Assembly (NCBI GenBank): GCA_964255285.1
Contig: CAXUUL010000016.1
Coordinates: 46,127-66,126 of the forward strand
Length of the DNA stretch: 20,000 nt
Reading direction: 5' to 3'
Origin: Ionaspis alba
Taxonomy: Eukaryota
The translations under genes were made by a program, and so were the position numbers. Below, in pieces: positions 1 through 8,834 of the stretch. The notes beneath the pieces are model-generated. The model worked only from the letters and a program-made list of their open reading frames with translations. It searched no databases and was not told the origin of the DNA. The first letter of the stretch is position 1. Every line of letters starts with the position of its first letter.

Positions 1-48
1 GCCGATGACAGTGGGAATTGCGGTAATCATGAGAAGTCCAATGACCAT
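1..48 (-). CDS. 5' end (first 16 codons) of a probable conserved fungal hypothetical protein, running off the window
   Basis: The reverse strand from 48 reads ATG GTC ATT GGA CTT CTC ATG ATT ACC GCA ATT CCC ACT GTC ATC GGC = MVIGLLMITAIPTVIG. This resembles the hydrophobic 'MVLGLLxIxAIPTxxG' N-terminus I recall from Pezizomycotina hypothetical proteins. It is divergent from MDM12. Confidence 0.6.
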   Translation of the reverse strand, partial: MVIGLLMITAIPTVIG

Positions 49-407
49 TCTTCTCGACAGGAGCGTCCACTAACGAACGTGCATACTGGAGGGAAATACT
101 TCATACCAAACATGGTAAATACTTTAACGGAGTAAGTGTATTCATCCGTCGGGTCATCCAAACGAGCACGGAAAGATAGGAAAGGATTCCTTGCTGTATT
201 CGTATGACTAGAAACGTCATGGTACTTTTAGTATGCGGGAGGTAGTATCAGCCTCAAGTTAAGCCCAAGATAGTGGCTTTGTCTCGCCAACCACTCATTA
301 AAACTCGATAGCGATTAGGTGATACGGCGGCAATCCGTGAATTTGAGTTCGCTTACCTTGACATCCACAAGTCCCTCGACAACCCAGACGAGAGAAAAGA
401 AAATGTA

Positions 408-1712
408 ATGTCCATTGATATCGACTGGGAAGCTCTTACGACTGGCCCTGATGGGCTTGCACTAGCAGAATCGATCCGTGTCTTCATCCACGACAAATTC
501 CAACAGGTAGCATTACCACGCTTCATCAAATCCGTGGAGGTCCACTCCTTCGACTTTGGAAAACAATGTCCCGTCATAGAGTTGAAGGACGTCTGCGATC
601 CACTACAAGACTTTTATGATGGTAACGACGAAGATGAGGAAGAGCACGAAGGACGAGAACCGCCAGAAGACGAGGTAGAAAGGCAGGATGACCAGGCAAT
701 TGGCGTTGGAGGAGTAAGACCCGAAGAATCACTGAGAGACCGCCGAAAAGTAACTCGCTACAACGAGCTTAACGGAGCAGCGTTGATTTCGGGCACACAG
801 CCGAAGCCTCCCTCGATCATTGATGCGCGGCCGAATCTACGCTCTAATGGGAGCCTAGCAGACCAGATTGCAGGTCCATTGCTCAGCCGTTCTGGTACTC
901 CTGGCATTCCGGGAGGCACCTCGAATCTCAGCTACTTCCATCTTCCTCTCAGCGCTGGTCTGTCTGGTTCCCAAACACCTCTAGCAGCAGTGGCGGGCGG
1001 AACGCCTTACCAAGCGAACTGGCAAGACTTCCACGCACCGCCATGGGAGCATCATCCCCGATGTAATTTCCCGCGGGAAAGGCAGCACTACGTCTCTCAA
1101 GACCATACCTATGCCGACCCTTCCACACGTCCTTCCACGGCTACATCATACGCTCCACAGCATGGTGGCTTTACACGACAAGATTCTATTGACGGTACGG
1201 CGGATCAATCCGATTCGCAGACCCAACGCCACGAGCCAGATCCCTCAGACCTGCAGATCGTGTTACACATCTCATATAGCGGTGATATCAGGCTTTCATT
1301 AACAGTGGAAATCTTGCTCGATTATCCCATGCCAAGCTTTGTTGGCATCCCATTGAAGCTCAACATCACTGGTTTGAGCTTTGACGGTGTGGCTCTCATC
1401 GCATATCTGAAGAAGAGGGCGCAATTTTGTTTTCTCGGAGAAGAGAACGCCGTGACGTTGGTCGGTGCTGAGAATGCCCTTGATGACAGTGGACATGGTG
1501 AAGATACTAAAGCCATGGATCGTAATCAGCACGGCGACAAGCTGGGAGGGCTCTTACGTGAGATCAAGGTAGAAAGTGAAATTGGCCAGAAAGAAGGAGG
1601 AAAACAGGTGCTTAAGAATGTTGGGAAAGTGGAAAAATTTGTGCTTGAACAGGTCAGGCGAATCTTCGAGGAAGAGTTCGTTTATCCGAGTTTCTGGACA
1701 TTCTTGGTATAG
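408..1712 (+). CDS. MDM12: Mitochondrial distribution and morphology protein 12 (ERMES subunit, SMP domain), single exon, 434 aa
   Basis: N-terminus MSIDIDWEALT...FIHDKFQQVALPRFIKSVEVHSFDFG, central LLDYPMPSFVGIPLKLNITG, and C-terminus KQVLKNVGKVEKFVLEQVRRIFEEEFVYPSFWTFLV are typical of fungal Mdm12. A long low-complexity insertion lies between them. Confidence 0.95.
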   Translation: MSIDIDWEALTTGPDGLALAESIRVFIHDKFQQVALPRFIKSVEVHSFDFGKQCPVIELKDVCDPLQDFYDGNDEDEEEHEGREPPEDEVERQDDQAIGVGGVRPEESLRDRRKVTRYNELNGAALISGTQPKPPSIIDARPNLRSNGSLADQIAGPLLSRSGTPGIPGGTSNLSYFHLPLSAGLSGSQTPLAAVAGGTPYQANWQDFHAPPWEHHPRCNFPRERQHYVSQDHTYADPSTRPSTATSYAPQHGGFTRQDSIDGTADQSDSQTQRHEPDPSDLQIVLHISYSGDIRLSLTVEILLDYPMPSFVGIPLKLNITGLSFDGVALIAYLKKRAQFCFLGEENAVTLVGAENALDDSGHGEDTKAMDRNQHGDKLGGLLREIKVESEIGQKEGGKQVLKNVGKVEKFVLEQVRRIFEEEFVYPSFWTFLV

Positions 1713-1859
1713 AGACACGATGGTGGGCAAGTTCACAACCCTGTATTGGACCAGTCTCACTCCTGCAACTAAGATCAGGGGAGAAGAGATTGAGATTCAG
1801 GCGGGAGTATATCTAGAAGTTGAAGCTAGTAAAGACACGGCAACCCCAAATATCCGGTT

Positions 1860-3023
1860 CTAAACATCTACCTCGCTCTGAATCTGCACCTTGATCGCAC
1901 CCGTCTTTGGGTCCGCCGCCGTCTTGAAAGCATTGACTGCATCCTCGATATCGAAACGATGCGTTACCAGCTTCGACAAGTCAATGATTCCACTTTCGAC
2001 CAATCTGATAGCTCGTGGCCAGGTGTTGCAATATCTGTACTGAAACTGCAAATCGATCTCCTGCGTACTCAATCTCATGAAAGGCATATTCATCTCGTTC
2101 CTGCCAACTCCAATCACGAATACCTTACCTCCGAATTTGACGCTCCATATTGCAGTTGTGATGCTGCTCTCGACGCCGGTGCACTCAAGAGCGACGGCTA
2201 GTCGGATGTCCCCTGCAGCTTTGATGATCTCCTCCGCTGCCTGCTCGGGTCCAACACCTCGCTCGACCTTGTACGTTTTCACGCTTGGGACAAGCTCTTT
2301 CGCGAATTTGAGCCTTCCCTCGTCGATATCAGTAATCACAATAGGCTCGGCCCCAGCAGCTCGACAGCAGAGTAGGGTGACAAGACCTATAGGACCAGCA
2401 CCGCAGACAAGGACTGGGTCTCCGAGTCTGACGCCGCTCCGTTCCATACCAGCAAGAGCAACACTGAGAGGTTCCAGCATCGACCCCTTCTCAAAGCTCA
2501 TGTCACCAATCTTATGACACCACACTGCCGGGTGGTTGAGGTATCTCCTCAGTAGGCCGTTGAATGGTGGGGTCGATGAGAACTGCATGTCCTCACATCC
2601 GTTGTAGCGGCCAGTCAGACACGGCTCACACTTGTTGCAAATGATGTTCGGCTCAATCGCGACCCTGTCTCCGACTTTCAGATGTGTCACTGACGGATGG
2701 GCGGCGAGGACGACGCCAGCGGACTCGTGTCCGAGTATGTGGTCATCTTTGACTATCATTGGCCCAATGGCGCCTGCGTGCCAGAAGTGAACATCGGACC
2801 TGAGCTCTCACGTCATCAGTGTTACGTTCTCGAGCTAGATTATCTCTCGAACTGACCCGCAAATGCCGGTACTCTTGACTCCTACTGTCACCTCTCCCTC
2901 CTTCAATCCCTCTCCGCTCTTGACCTCTTCAAGGCTCGGCTTGGAGTCGGCAATCCAGAGATCGTGGGCTGGGTTCGTGTACACGCCCACATTCTTCTTG
3001 GTGATGGTTGTGGTGGCGGACAT
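1860..3023 (-). CDS. lad1: L-arabinitol 4-dehydrogenase (Zn-dependent medium-chain dehydrogenase), 2 exons (3023-2857, 2799-1860), 368 aa
   Basis: Intron 2856-2800 (GTCAGT...CAG, 57 nt) restores GICGSDVHFWH. Also present: GHE motif, structural Zn motif [15 protein letters not shown], Rossmann GAGPIG and TDID (NAD preference). [13 protein letters not shown] and [14 protein letters not shown] fit LAD better than sorbitol/xylitol dehydrogenase. Confidence 0.9.
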
Positions 3024-3600
3024 GCTGACTGTGTTGAATGTAAAATGGGGGAGACGAGATGGAGGGTGGAGTTCGCTGCAAGGGAAAGAGGGAAGGATGC
3101 TGGTAAGTTATAGATCGACGCCGGAGCAAGCAAGCTTCGAGTGGGGTTGTAAAGTGATAGAGGCGCCTAAGCGCACCAGTTGTAAGAACGAATCGCAAGT
3201 AAATAGAAGTTGAGACGATGTTGGATCCCAGAGTTCTAGATGTTCGAGGCGAGCTCGATCGCTATAGCATCCAGAAGCTGGTTAAATGGGAAGGGTGTCA
3301 ATATTTACTTTGCAGCTGTGGTGTTTTTAGATGTGGAAGATATATTATTGCATTCACCGATTCGAGTTGTGAATCAGGATGGTTGGGGTCAATCGATTTC
3401 ATGAGTTTGCTTTTCGATATTACCCCGCCATTACCTCTGTTTCCAGTCCCACCCGTTTCAATTCACCCTGGCAGGCGCGCAGGGTACCCTGCTGCCACAA
3501 AGTCGGTAACTTGTGGTCGCAGTTTAGCTGAAAGGCCGTTAGACGTGCCCCGGAACATCTGACTATTGGGTGGTCCCCGCCTCGGAGGCCAACTACATGG
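3024..3600 (-). promoter_or_regulatory. Putative lad promoter: TATA-like box, CT-rich leader and CreA/Cre1 consensus sites
   Basis: TATAA on the minus strand at 3112-3108 is followed by a pyrimidine-rich tract leading to the ATG. SYGGRG matches occur at 3141-3146 (GTGGGG), 3423-3428 and 3575-3580 (CCCCGC = GCGGGG). These motifs are short and may be chance matches. Confidence 0.35.
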
Positions 3601-3884
3601 GGGCTGAGGTGGCTGTGAACAAGGGACCCCGATGTGCAGTACTCAGGGTTGTGTCTGCAGAGACAGTCACCTAAACCTAATAAGAATTTGGACGGCGCTG
3701 CTACCCGAACAGATTCTACTGTTACCAGAGCCATATCACGCATGCAGGTGGGAAAACGGCTTGGCGGCAGCTCAGCCTTGTGATCGGAGCCCTACTTTTC
3801 CATCTCCTCAAATTAGGTTATTTTTTTCATCTTCCAGAGCCGACACAATTGCGTTGTTTGGCTGCTACAGCAATATTATCAATC

Positions 3885-6278
3885 ATGGGTGGCCAGTCTA
3901 GGAAAGCGACGAAGAAGTTTGAGAAGAACCATCTGAAAGATATCATTGAGCAGCGCAAAGACCACGCAAAAATCAAACAGCGTCAGCAGATCAAAGCTAA
4001 GAAGAAAGCCAGGAATGCGAGCGACTACGCCAAAGTTTCGGATCAGGAAGAGCCGGGCGCAACGGAGAGGAATGGCGGCAAACAGAGTCGCACAGCGGAT
4101 GCTCTGAAAGACATGACTGTGGATGAGTTCTTCCAAGGCGGATTCGATATTCCGGAACTCAAGGAGGCCCCCAAAACGCAGTCGACGGTTAAACACCTTG
4201 CACCTCAAACAGGAAAACGAAAGCAGCATGTTGGGTCAGATGATAAAATTGAGACCAGCGTTTCAGACTCCATGATCTTGAACGGAGAGGAAGTTCCAGC
4301 GGACGACCCAATCGTGTCCGAGTCCGAGCCCGAATCCGAGTCCGAGTCCGAATTCGAAGGCGATACAGCGATTAGAGCACACAGAGGGGAATTGGATGCC
4401 TTGGCTGCGAACGATCCAGACTTCTACAAATACCTGAAGGAGAATGATGCAGATATGCTGGACTTTGCCGAGGACGCGGACCTACCGGCTGTTCAAGTGA
4501 GCGAAGAGGAGGACGAACCGCCCTCTAAAAAAATAAAGCGCAAGCAGGTCGAGGCGGCTGTTCTGGAAACGGACGAGGAAACAGAGGTGACGATGGCGCT
4601 GCTCGAGAAGTGGCGGACTGCCATGGCAGAGCAGAAATCTTTGCGAGCAATGCGCGAGGTGGTTCTGGCTTTCCGTGCCGCCGTTCATGTCAACGAGGAG
4701 GACGGTAAAGCATACAAGTATAGCATTTCTAGTCCTGAGGTCTATCACCAGCTTCTTGTGATCTCTTTGCAATATGTCCCCGAAGTCCTGGGTCACCACC
4801 TTCCCATCAAGGAAGTAACGTCGGGCAGAGTGCGTGTTCCGACGGACTCAAAGAAGTATCGAACCTTGACACCCCTGCTGAAGTCTCATGCTGCATCGCT
4901 ACACCACTTGCTAGAAAATCTATCGGACCCTCCGACCATCAAACTGACGTTGAATTCAGTGCTCCCACTGCTTCCTTATGTGCTGTCATTCAAAAAGGCC
5001 CTCAAGAATCTAACCAAGACGATTGTCGGCATCTGGTCGGATTCTTCGAGCACGGAAGTGACCCGTATCAACGCCTTCCTTCTTATCCGTCGATTGGCCG
5101 TCATTAGCGATGCTTCTCTTCGTGAGGCTGTCCTCAAGACAACTTATCAAGGCTTGGTCAAAGGCAGTCGAAACACGACCATACACACTCTACCAGGTAT
5201 AAATCTTATGAAAAATTCTGCAGCTGAGCTCTGGGGTCTCGATCCGACTATCGGGTACACAACCGGCTTCACATATATTCGCCAGCTCGCAATTCACCTT
5301 CGGACTAGCATCACCCAACCCACCAAAGACTCCTACAAAGCTGTCTATAATTGGCAGTACACGCATTCCTTAGACTTTTGGTCTCGGGTGCTCTCTCTCC
5401 ACTGCTCGACCGCGACCAACCCCACAATCAGGAAGCCCTTCGACTCACCGCTCCACCCACTCATCTATCCTCTTGTTCAGATCACATTGGGAGCGCTGCG
5501 CCTCATCCCAACACCTACTTATTTCCCGCTTCGCTTCCATCTCGCTCGATCTATACTCCGTATATCTCGCAGTACGAATACCTACATTCCGCTTGTGCCA
5601 TCACTCGTCGAAGTTCTGCAATCACCAGAATTGAGGAAAGCCCCCAAGGCTAGTACTCTGAAACCGCTCGACTTCAATGTTGCCATTCGAGCACCCAAGT
5701 CTTACATCCGCACCCGTATCTACCAAGATGGGGTCGGCGAGCAGGTTTCCGAGCTTTTGGCCGAGTTCTTTGGGGTTTGGTGTAAAAGCATTGCCTTCCC
5801 CGAGCTCGTCATTCCACCTACTGTACTGCTGAAGCGATGGTTGAAGGAAGTCTCTGCGCCTCCATCGAAAGGATCACAGATTTCAGGGGCGCGGAAAGAT
5901 GGCAAAGGCAACAAGAATTCCAAGCTGAATTCATCCATCTCGCTTTTGGTCCAAAAGCTTGATGCTAACGCGAGGTACGTGGAAGAGACCAGAAGGAGGG
6001 TCGACTTTGCCCCGAGCAATCGCACGGCAGTCGAGGCTTTCCTGAAAGACGTAGAGTGGGAAAATATGCCGTTGGGGGCATTTTTGGTGGGGATGAGGAA
6101 GCAGCGGGAGCAAAGGGAGAAAATTTTAGAAGAAGGAAGGAGAGAGGAGCAGGAACGGCGGGACCAGGAGAAAGAGGATGGCAAGTCGGTCGACGAAGCC
6201 AGCGCTATTTCGACCGAAGGTGGTGATGATGACCTTGATGACGAGGTTGATGGAGATGGAGAGGCGATGGACGAATAG
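3885..6278 (+). CDS. NOC2: Nucleolar complex protein 2 (60S biogenesis), single exon, 797 aa
   Basis: First ATG at 3885 (ATCATGG); the ORF-track start at 3780 is not ATG. Noc2-type motifs: KATKKFEKNHL, MTVDEFFQGGF, DPDFYKYLKEND, INLMKNSAAELW, YIRQLAIHLR, VYNWQYTHSLDFW, FPLRFH, SIAFPEL. Acidic C-terminal tail. Confidence 0.95.
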   Translation: MGGQSRKATKKFEKNHLKDIIEQRKDHAKIKQRQQIKAKKKARNASDYAKVSDQEEPGATERNGGKQSRTADALKDMTVDEFFQGGFDIPELKEAPKTQSTVKHLAPQTGKRKQHVGSDDKIETSVSDSMILNGEEVPADDPIVSESEPESESESEFEGDTAIRAHRGELDALAANDPDFYKYLKENDADMLDFAEDADLPAVQVSEEEDEPPSKKIKRKQVEAAVLETDEETEVTMALLEKWRTAMAEQKSLRAMREVVLAFRAAVHVNEEDGKAYKYSISSPEVYHQLLVISLQYVPEVLGHHLPIKEVTSGRVRVPTDSKKYRTLTPLLKSHAASLHHLLENLSDPPTIKLTLNSVLPLLPYVLSFKKALKNLTKTIVGIWSDSSSTEVTRINAFLLIRRLAVISDASLREAVLKTTYQGLVKGSRNTTIHTLPGINLMKNSAAELWGLDPTIGYTTGFTYIRQLAIHLRTSITQPTKDSYKAVYNWQYTHSLDFWSRVLSLHCSTATNPTIRKPFDSPLHPLIYPLVQITLGALRLIPTPTYFPLRFHLARSILRISRSTNTYIPLVPSLVEVLQSPELRKAPKASTLKPLDFNVAIRAPKSYIRTRIYQDGVGEQVSELLAEFFGVWCKSIAFPELVIPPTVLLKRWLKEVSAPPSKGSQISGARKDGKGNKNSKLNSSISLLVQKLDANARYVEETRRRVDFAPSNRTAVEAFLKDVEWENMPLGAFLVGMRKQREQREKILEEGRREEQERRDQEKEDGKSVDEASAISTEGGDDDLDDEVDGDGEAMDE
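4317..4358 (+). repeat. Coding hexamer microsatellite, (TCCGAG)-like x7, encoding SESEPESESESEFE within NOC2
   Basis: tccgag tccgag cccgaa tccgag tccgag tccgaa ttcgaa. Confidence 0.85.
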
Positions 6279-6864
6279 AACGGGACGGTTCACACGATTT
6301 AGCTTGAGTAGAATGAGGAGGATTTGTACTCTTTGACCAGTTCAACCACTTATGGAAGGCAAGGCGTCATTAAATAGACCATCTAGTGTCTATACATCAA
6401 ATCTCGTAGCGTGGAGATATTTCTATGTTCCACCAAGCAAAGTTACTTCTTTCCGGCGCCCCAGTTCCATTCATTTTGTCTTTCCTTCTTTCAGCCTCTT
6501 CTAAACCCACACAAGTGCAGAAGCATAGCCAATAGGTCCCCTGGAGACCTGCACCCCGAATTGTCTGCACCGAATGAAGAAAACAAAGTCTAAGCGAGGT
6601 GGGCCCATGATCTGCTTCCAGGGAACCATCATAAGAACTGTACTGAAAAATCCATCTAGTACTCGTACACTTGCTCGCTCTAGCGCCAAATAGCAAAACA
6701 AATAATGCAAGCAACGAGTGTTGTCTTGATGTCCAGATCAAAGCAAAGCTTTTATGCAAATCGTCTGGGCGCAAACTGGACACAATGCCTCTGGTTCCAT
6801 TGACGATATCGAACATGAATAGCGAAGTATGAGAGGCGACAGTTTAGCAGCGTATCAGCATGGG

Positions 6865-8834
6865 TTATTGAACCATTTCCTCCCCTATTCCCGGCAAGCC
6901 CGCGCCAGCGATATTGGCGTTTAAACCAGCATTGATGGGTATGCCCGCACCGAGCTTCAATTCTGGATTGCAGGGCGGAGAGTGAGACTTGTGGTATTTC
7001 AGCCCATTCAGATTTTTATAGCGCTTGCCACAGACCTCGCATTTGTAGGGCTTTTCTTTTTCCATGCCGAGAGTGCCAGGATATGGAGACAGAGTGGTGG
7101 GGTCGACAATGGAGAATGTACCATCAGCGTTCTCATGTAGCTGCTGGTTATTGTGGCCATGCTGCAAAGTGGTAATTAGTCTTGTGCGACGGACTGCCAC
7201 ACGATAAGCTTACCGTCTTATGATACTTTAGTCCATTCTGGTTCTTGTATGCTTTCTCGCAGCCTATGACAGGGCATCTGAATGGTTTTGGTTCTTCTCC
7301 GTTCATACCCGTGGTTGTGTCCGCTAGCCCAACTCTCCGTTGCTGCTCGCGGATCCTCCGCGCAATCTCACTATTAGCGCCATACTGTGCACTCCCTAGT
7401 CTGGATTGAGTGTACTGTTGGTTGTTGAAGCCGCCGTTCGGATTGAATAATCGTTTGGCGGGCTCGTCAATGCAAAGATCCAACATATCGTTCCCGTTCC
7501 CAAACCCGTAACCACCTAAATCCTGCTGTTGACCTTGCATGAACTGGCTGTTATCCACAGCCATGTTGTCCATGTGCCCCAGAAAATCCGGATCCAACTC
7601 TCCGGGAGTTCCGGGTGCGGATGAGTCGGGTGTGTTGCGAAACTGCTGCTGCTGCAGAGGATGAGCGCTCAGCGTTGGTGTATTGACCGACGAAACTGTA
7701 GGGTTATGATGATAAAGGCCCCCAGGTCGACCACCTGAAACAGGAGTTGATGGCTGAGAGTGTTTTAAGCCCTGATAGCTATGCAAAGGATTGTTCAGGT
7801 TGTGGGTGTTGAGATCAAGAGGAGGAACCCGTGCGCCGCCTGGCTGACCGAACTGAGATCGTGGAGGAATCGGAGGTCTGTCTTGTAAAGGGTATTGTGA
7901 TTGTAGCTGAGCATTTGAGTGGAAATCATCCCCGAGCCCCCCGCCTGAGATATCATCCATGTCCATATCCTCGACGGACTCCATGTTATGTACCGGCTGT
8001 GATGAAAGCGAGGTGAATTCTCCTGGCCTGAACTGGGGATGGGATGGTAGAGCACGGGTAGAACTAGGCCCTTGGCGAGAAGATGATGACTGGTTCGTGG
8101 AGCTGGAGCTGTTCTGGTGTTGCTGCTGGACATTCGTAGCAGCCGAAGCGGCAAGTGCAGCTCTTGTGTCTGGAGGGGCCGTGCTTTGATGGGTTGGTTG
8201 CATAGGCATCGTGGTGGGCATTTGCTGAGCATGAGCCTCTTCATAATGCTGCAGCAGGTCATGTAGAGAAGGTAGTGTCATTCCGCAACAGGAGAAGTCT
8301 TTCATGAAATTGGCTTCGAGTTTCGGAAGATAAGAGGAGGAGTGGAAAGAGGGAGACTGGTAGGCAAAAGGTGAGGTTCCTTGCATTATGATGCTACTAA
8401 AGCATTAGTACTATCTTCGACGAGCTACCAGAACTTCATGCCAGCGAGCTTTGGGGAACAGGGAGGTACAAGATAGAGAGAGGACTTAGCACATACTCGT
8501 CGCGAATCCAACTCCCGACCGAGACTCCACCCCAGCTCATACCTCCTACAAGGCTGCCAGCCAGACTTTCTCGCCTAGGTTGGGATCTTCCCGCACTGTT
8601 CATGGATATAGGTTGTGCTCCGCTACCATATTGGGGCGTCAGTCCCGACATGGCTGCGGACAGAGAATCGTGCCGTCCAAAAGCGGTCGATTTGCCGCCG
8701 CCGCCAACCACGTTCAATGCTGATGAAGGTCTGATCTCATTTCCAGTGGTGGCTTGTAGGGCGGATGTCAGGTTAGACGAGCGGTTTTGCGGCGACTGGG
8801 TGGCAATGCTGATAGGGGAGGAAGCCGTCGCCAT
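6865..8834 (-). CDS. SFP1: Split zinc-finger (C2H2) transcription factor Sfp1; exons 8834-8497, 8393-7214, 7161-6865; 604 aa from the first ATG (699 aa if CTG 9119 is used)
   Basis: Intron 8496-8394 (GTATGT..TACTAAT..TAG) gives [25 protein letters not shown]. Intron 7213-7162 (GTAAGC..ACTAAT..CAG) gives [15 protein letters not shown]. Also [53 protein letters not shown] and [21 protein letters not shown], with a Q/S/N-rich middle. Confidence 0.93.

Noticed and set aside
1959..2517. Antisense ORFs over lad, and similar ones over NOC2, SFP1, DUS3 and the hypothetical gene
   Set aside because: These are shadow ORFs expected from codon bias, with no recognisable motifs.
3270..3610. XlnR/AraR-type activator sites in the lad promoter (TGGTTAAA, CGGTAAC, GGCTGA)
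   Set aside because: Only partial matches to GGCTAA/CGGNTAAW; not distinguishable from chance.
3780..3884. 35-codon non-ATG extension of the NOC2 ORF in the ORF track
   Set aside because: It crosses a promoter-like T-tract, the peptide is unconvincing, and recognisable Noc2 sequence begins at ATG 3885.
6397..6816. 139-aa minus-strand ORF directly downstream of SFP1
   Set aside because: It lies in the probable SFP1/NOC2 3' UTR interval and has no recognisable domain.
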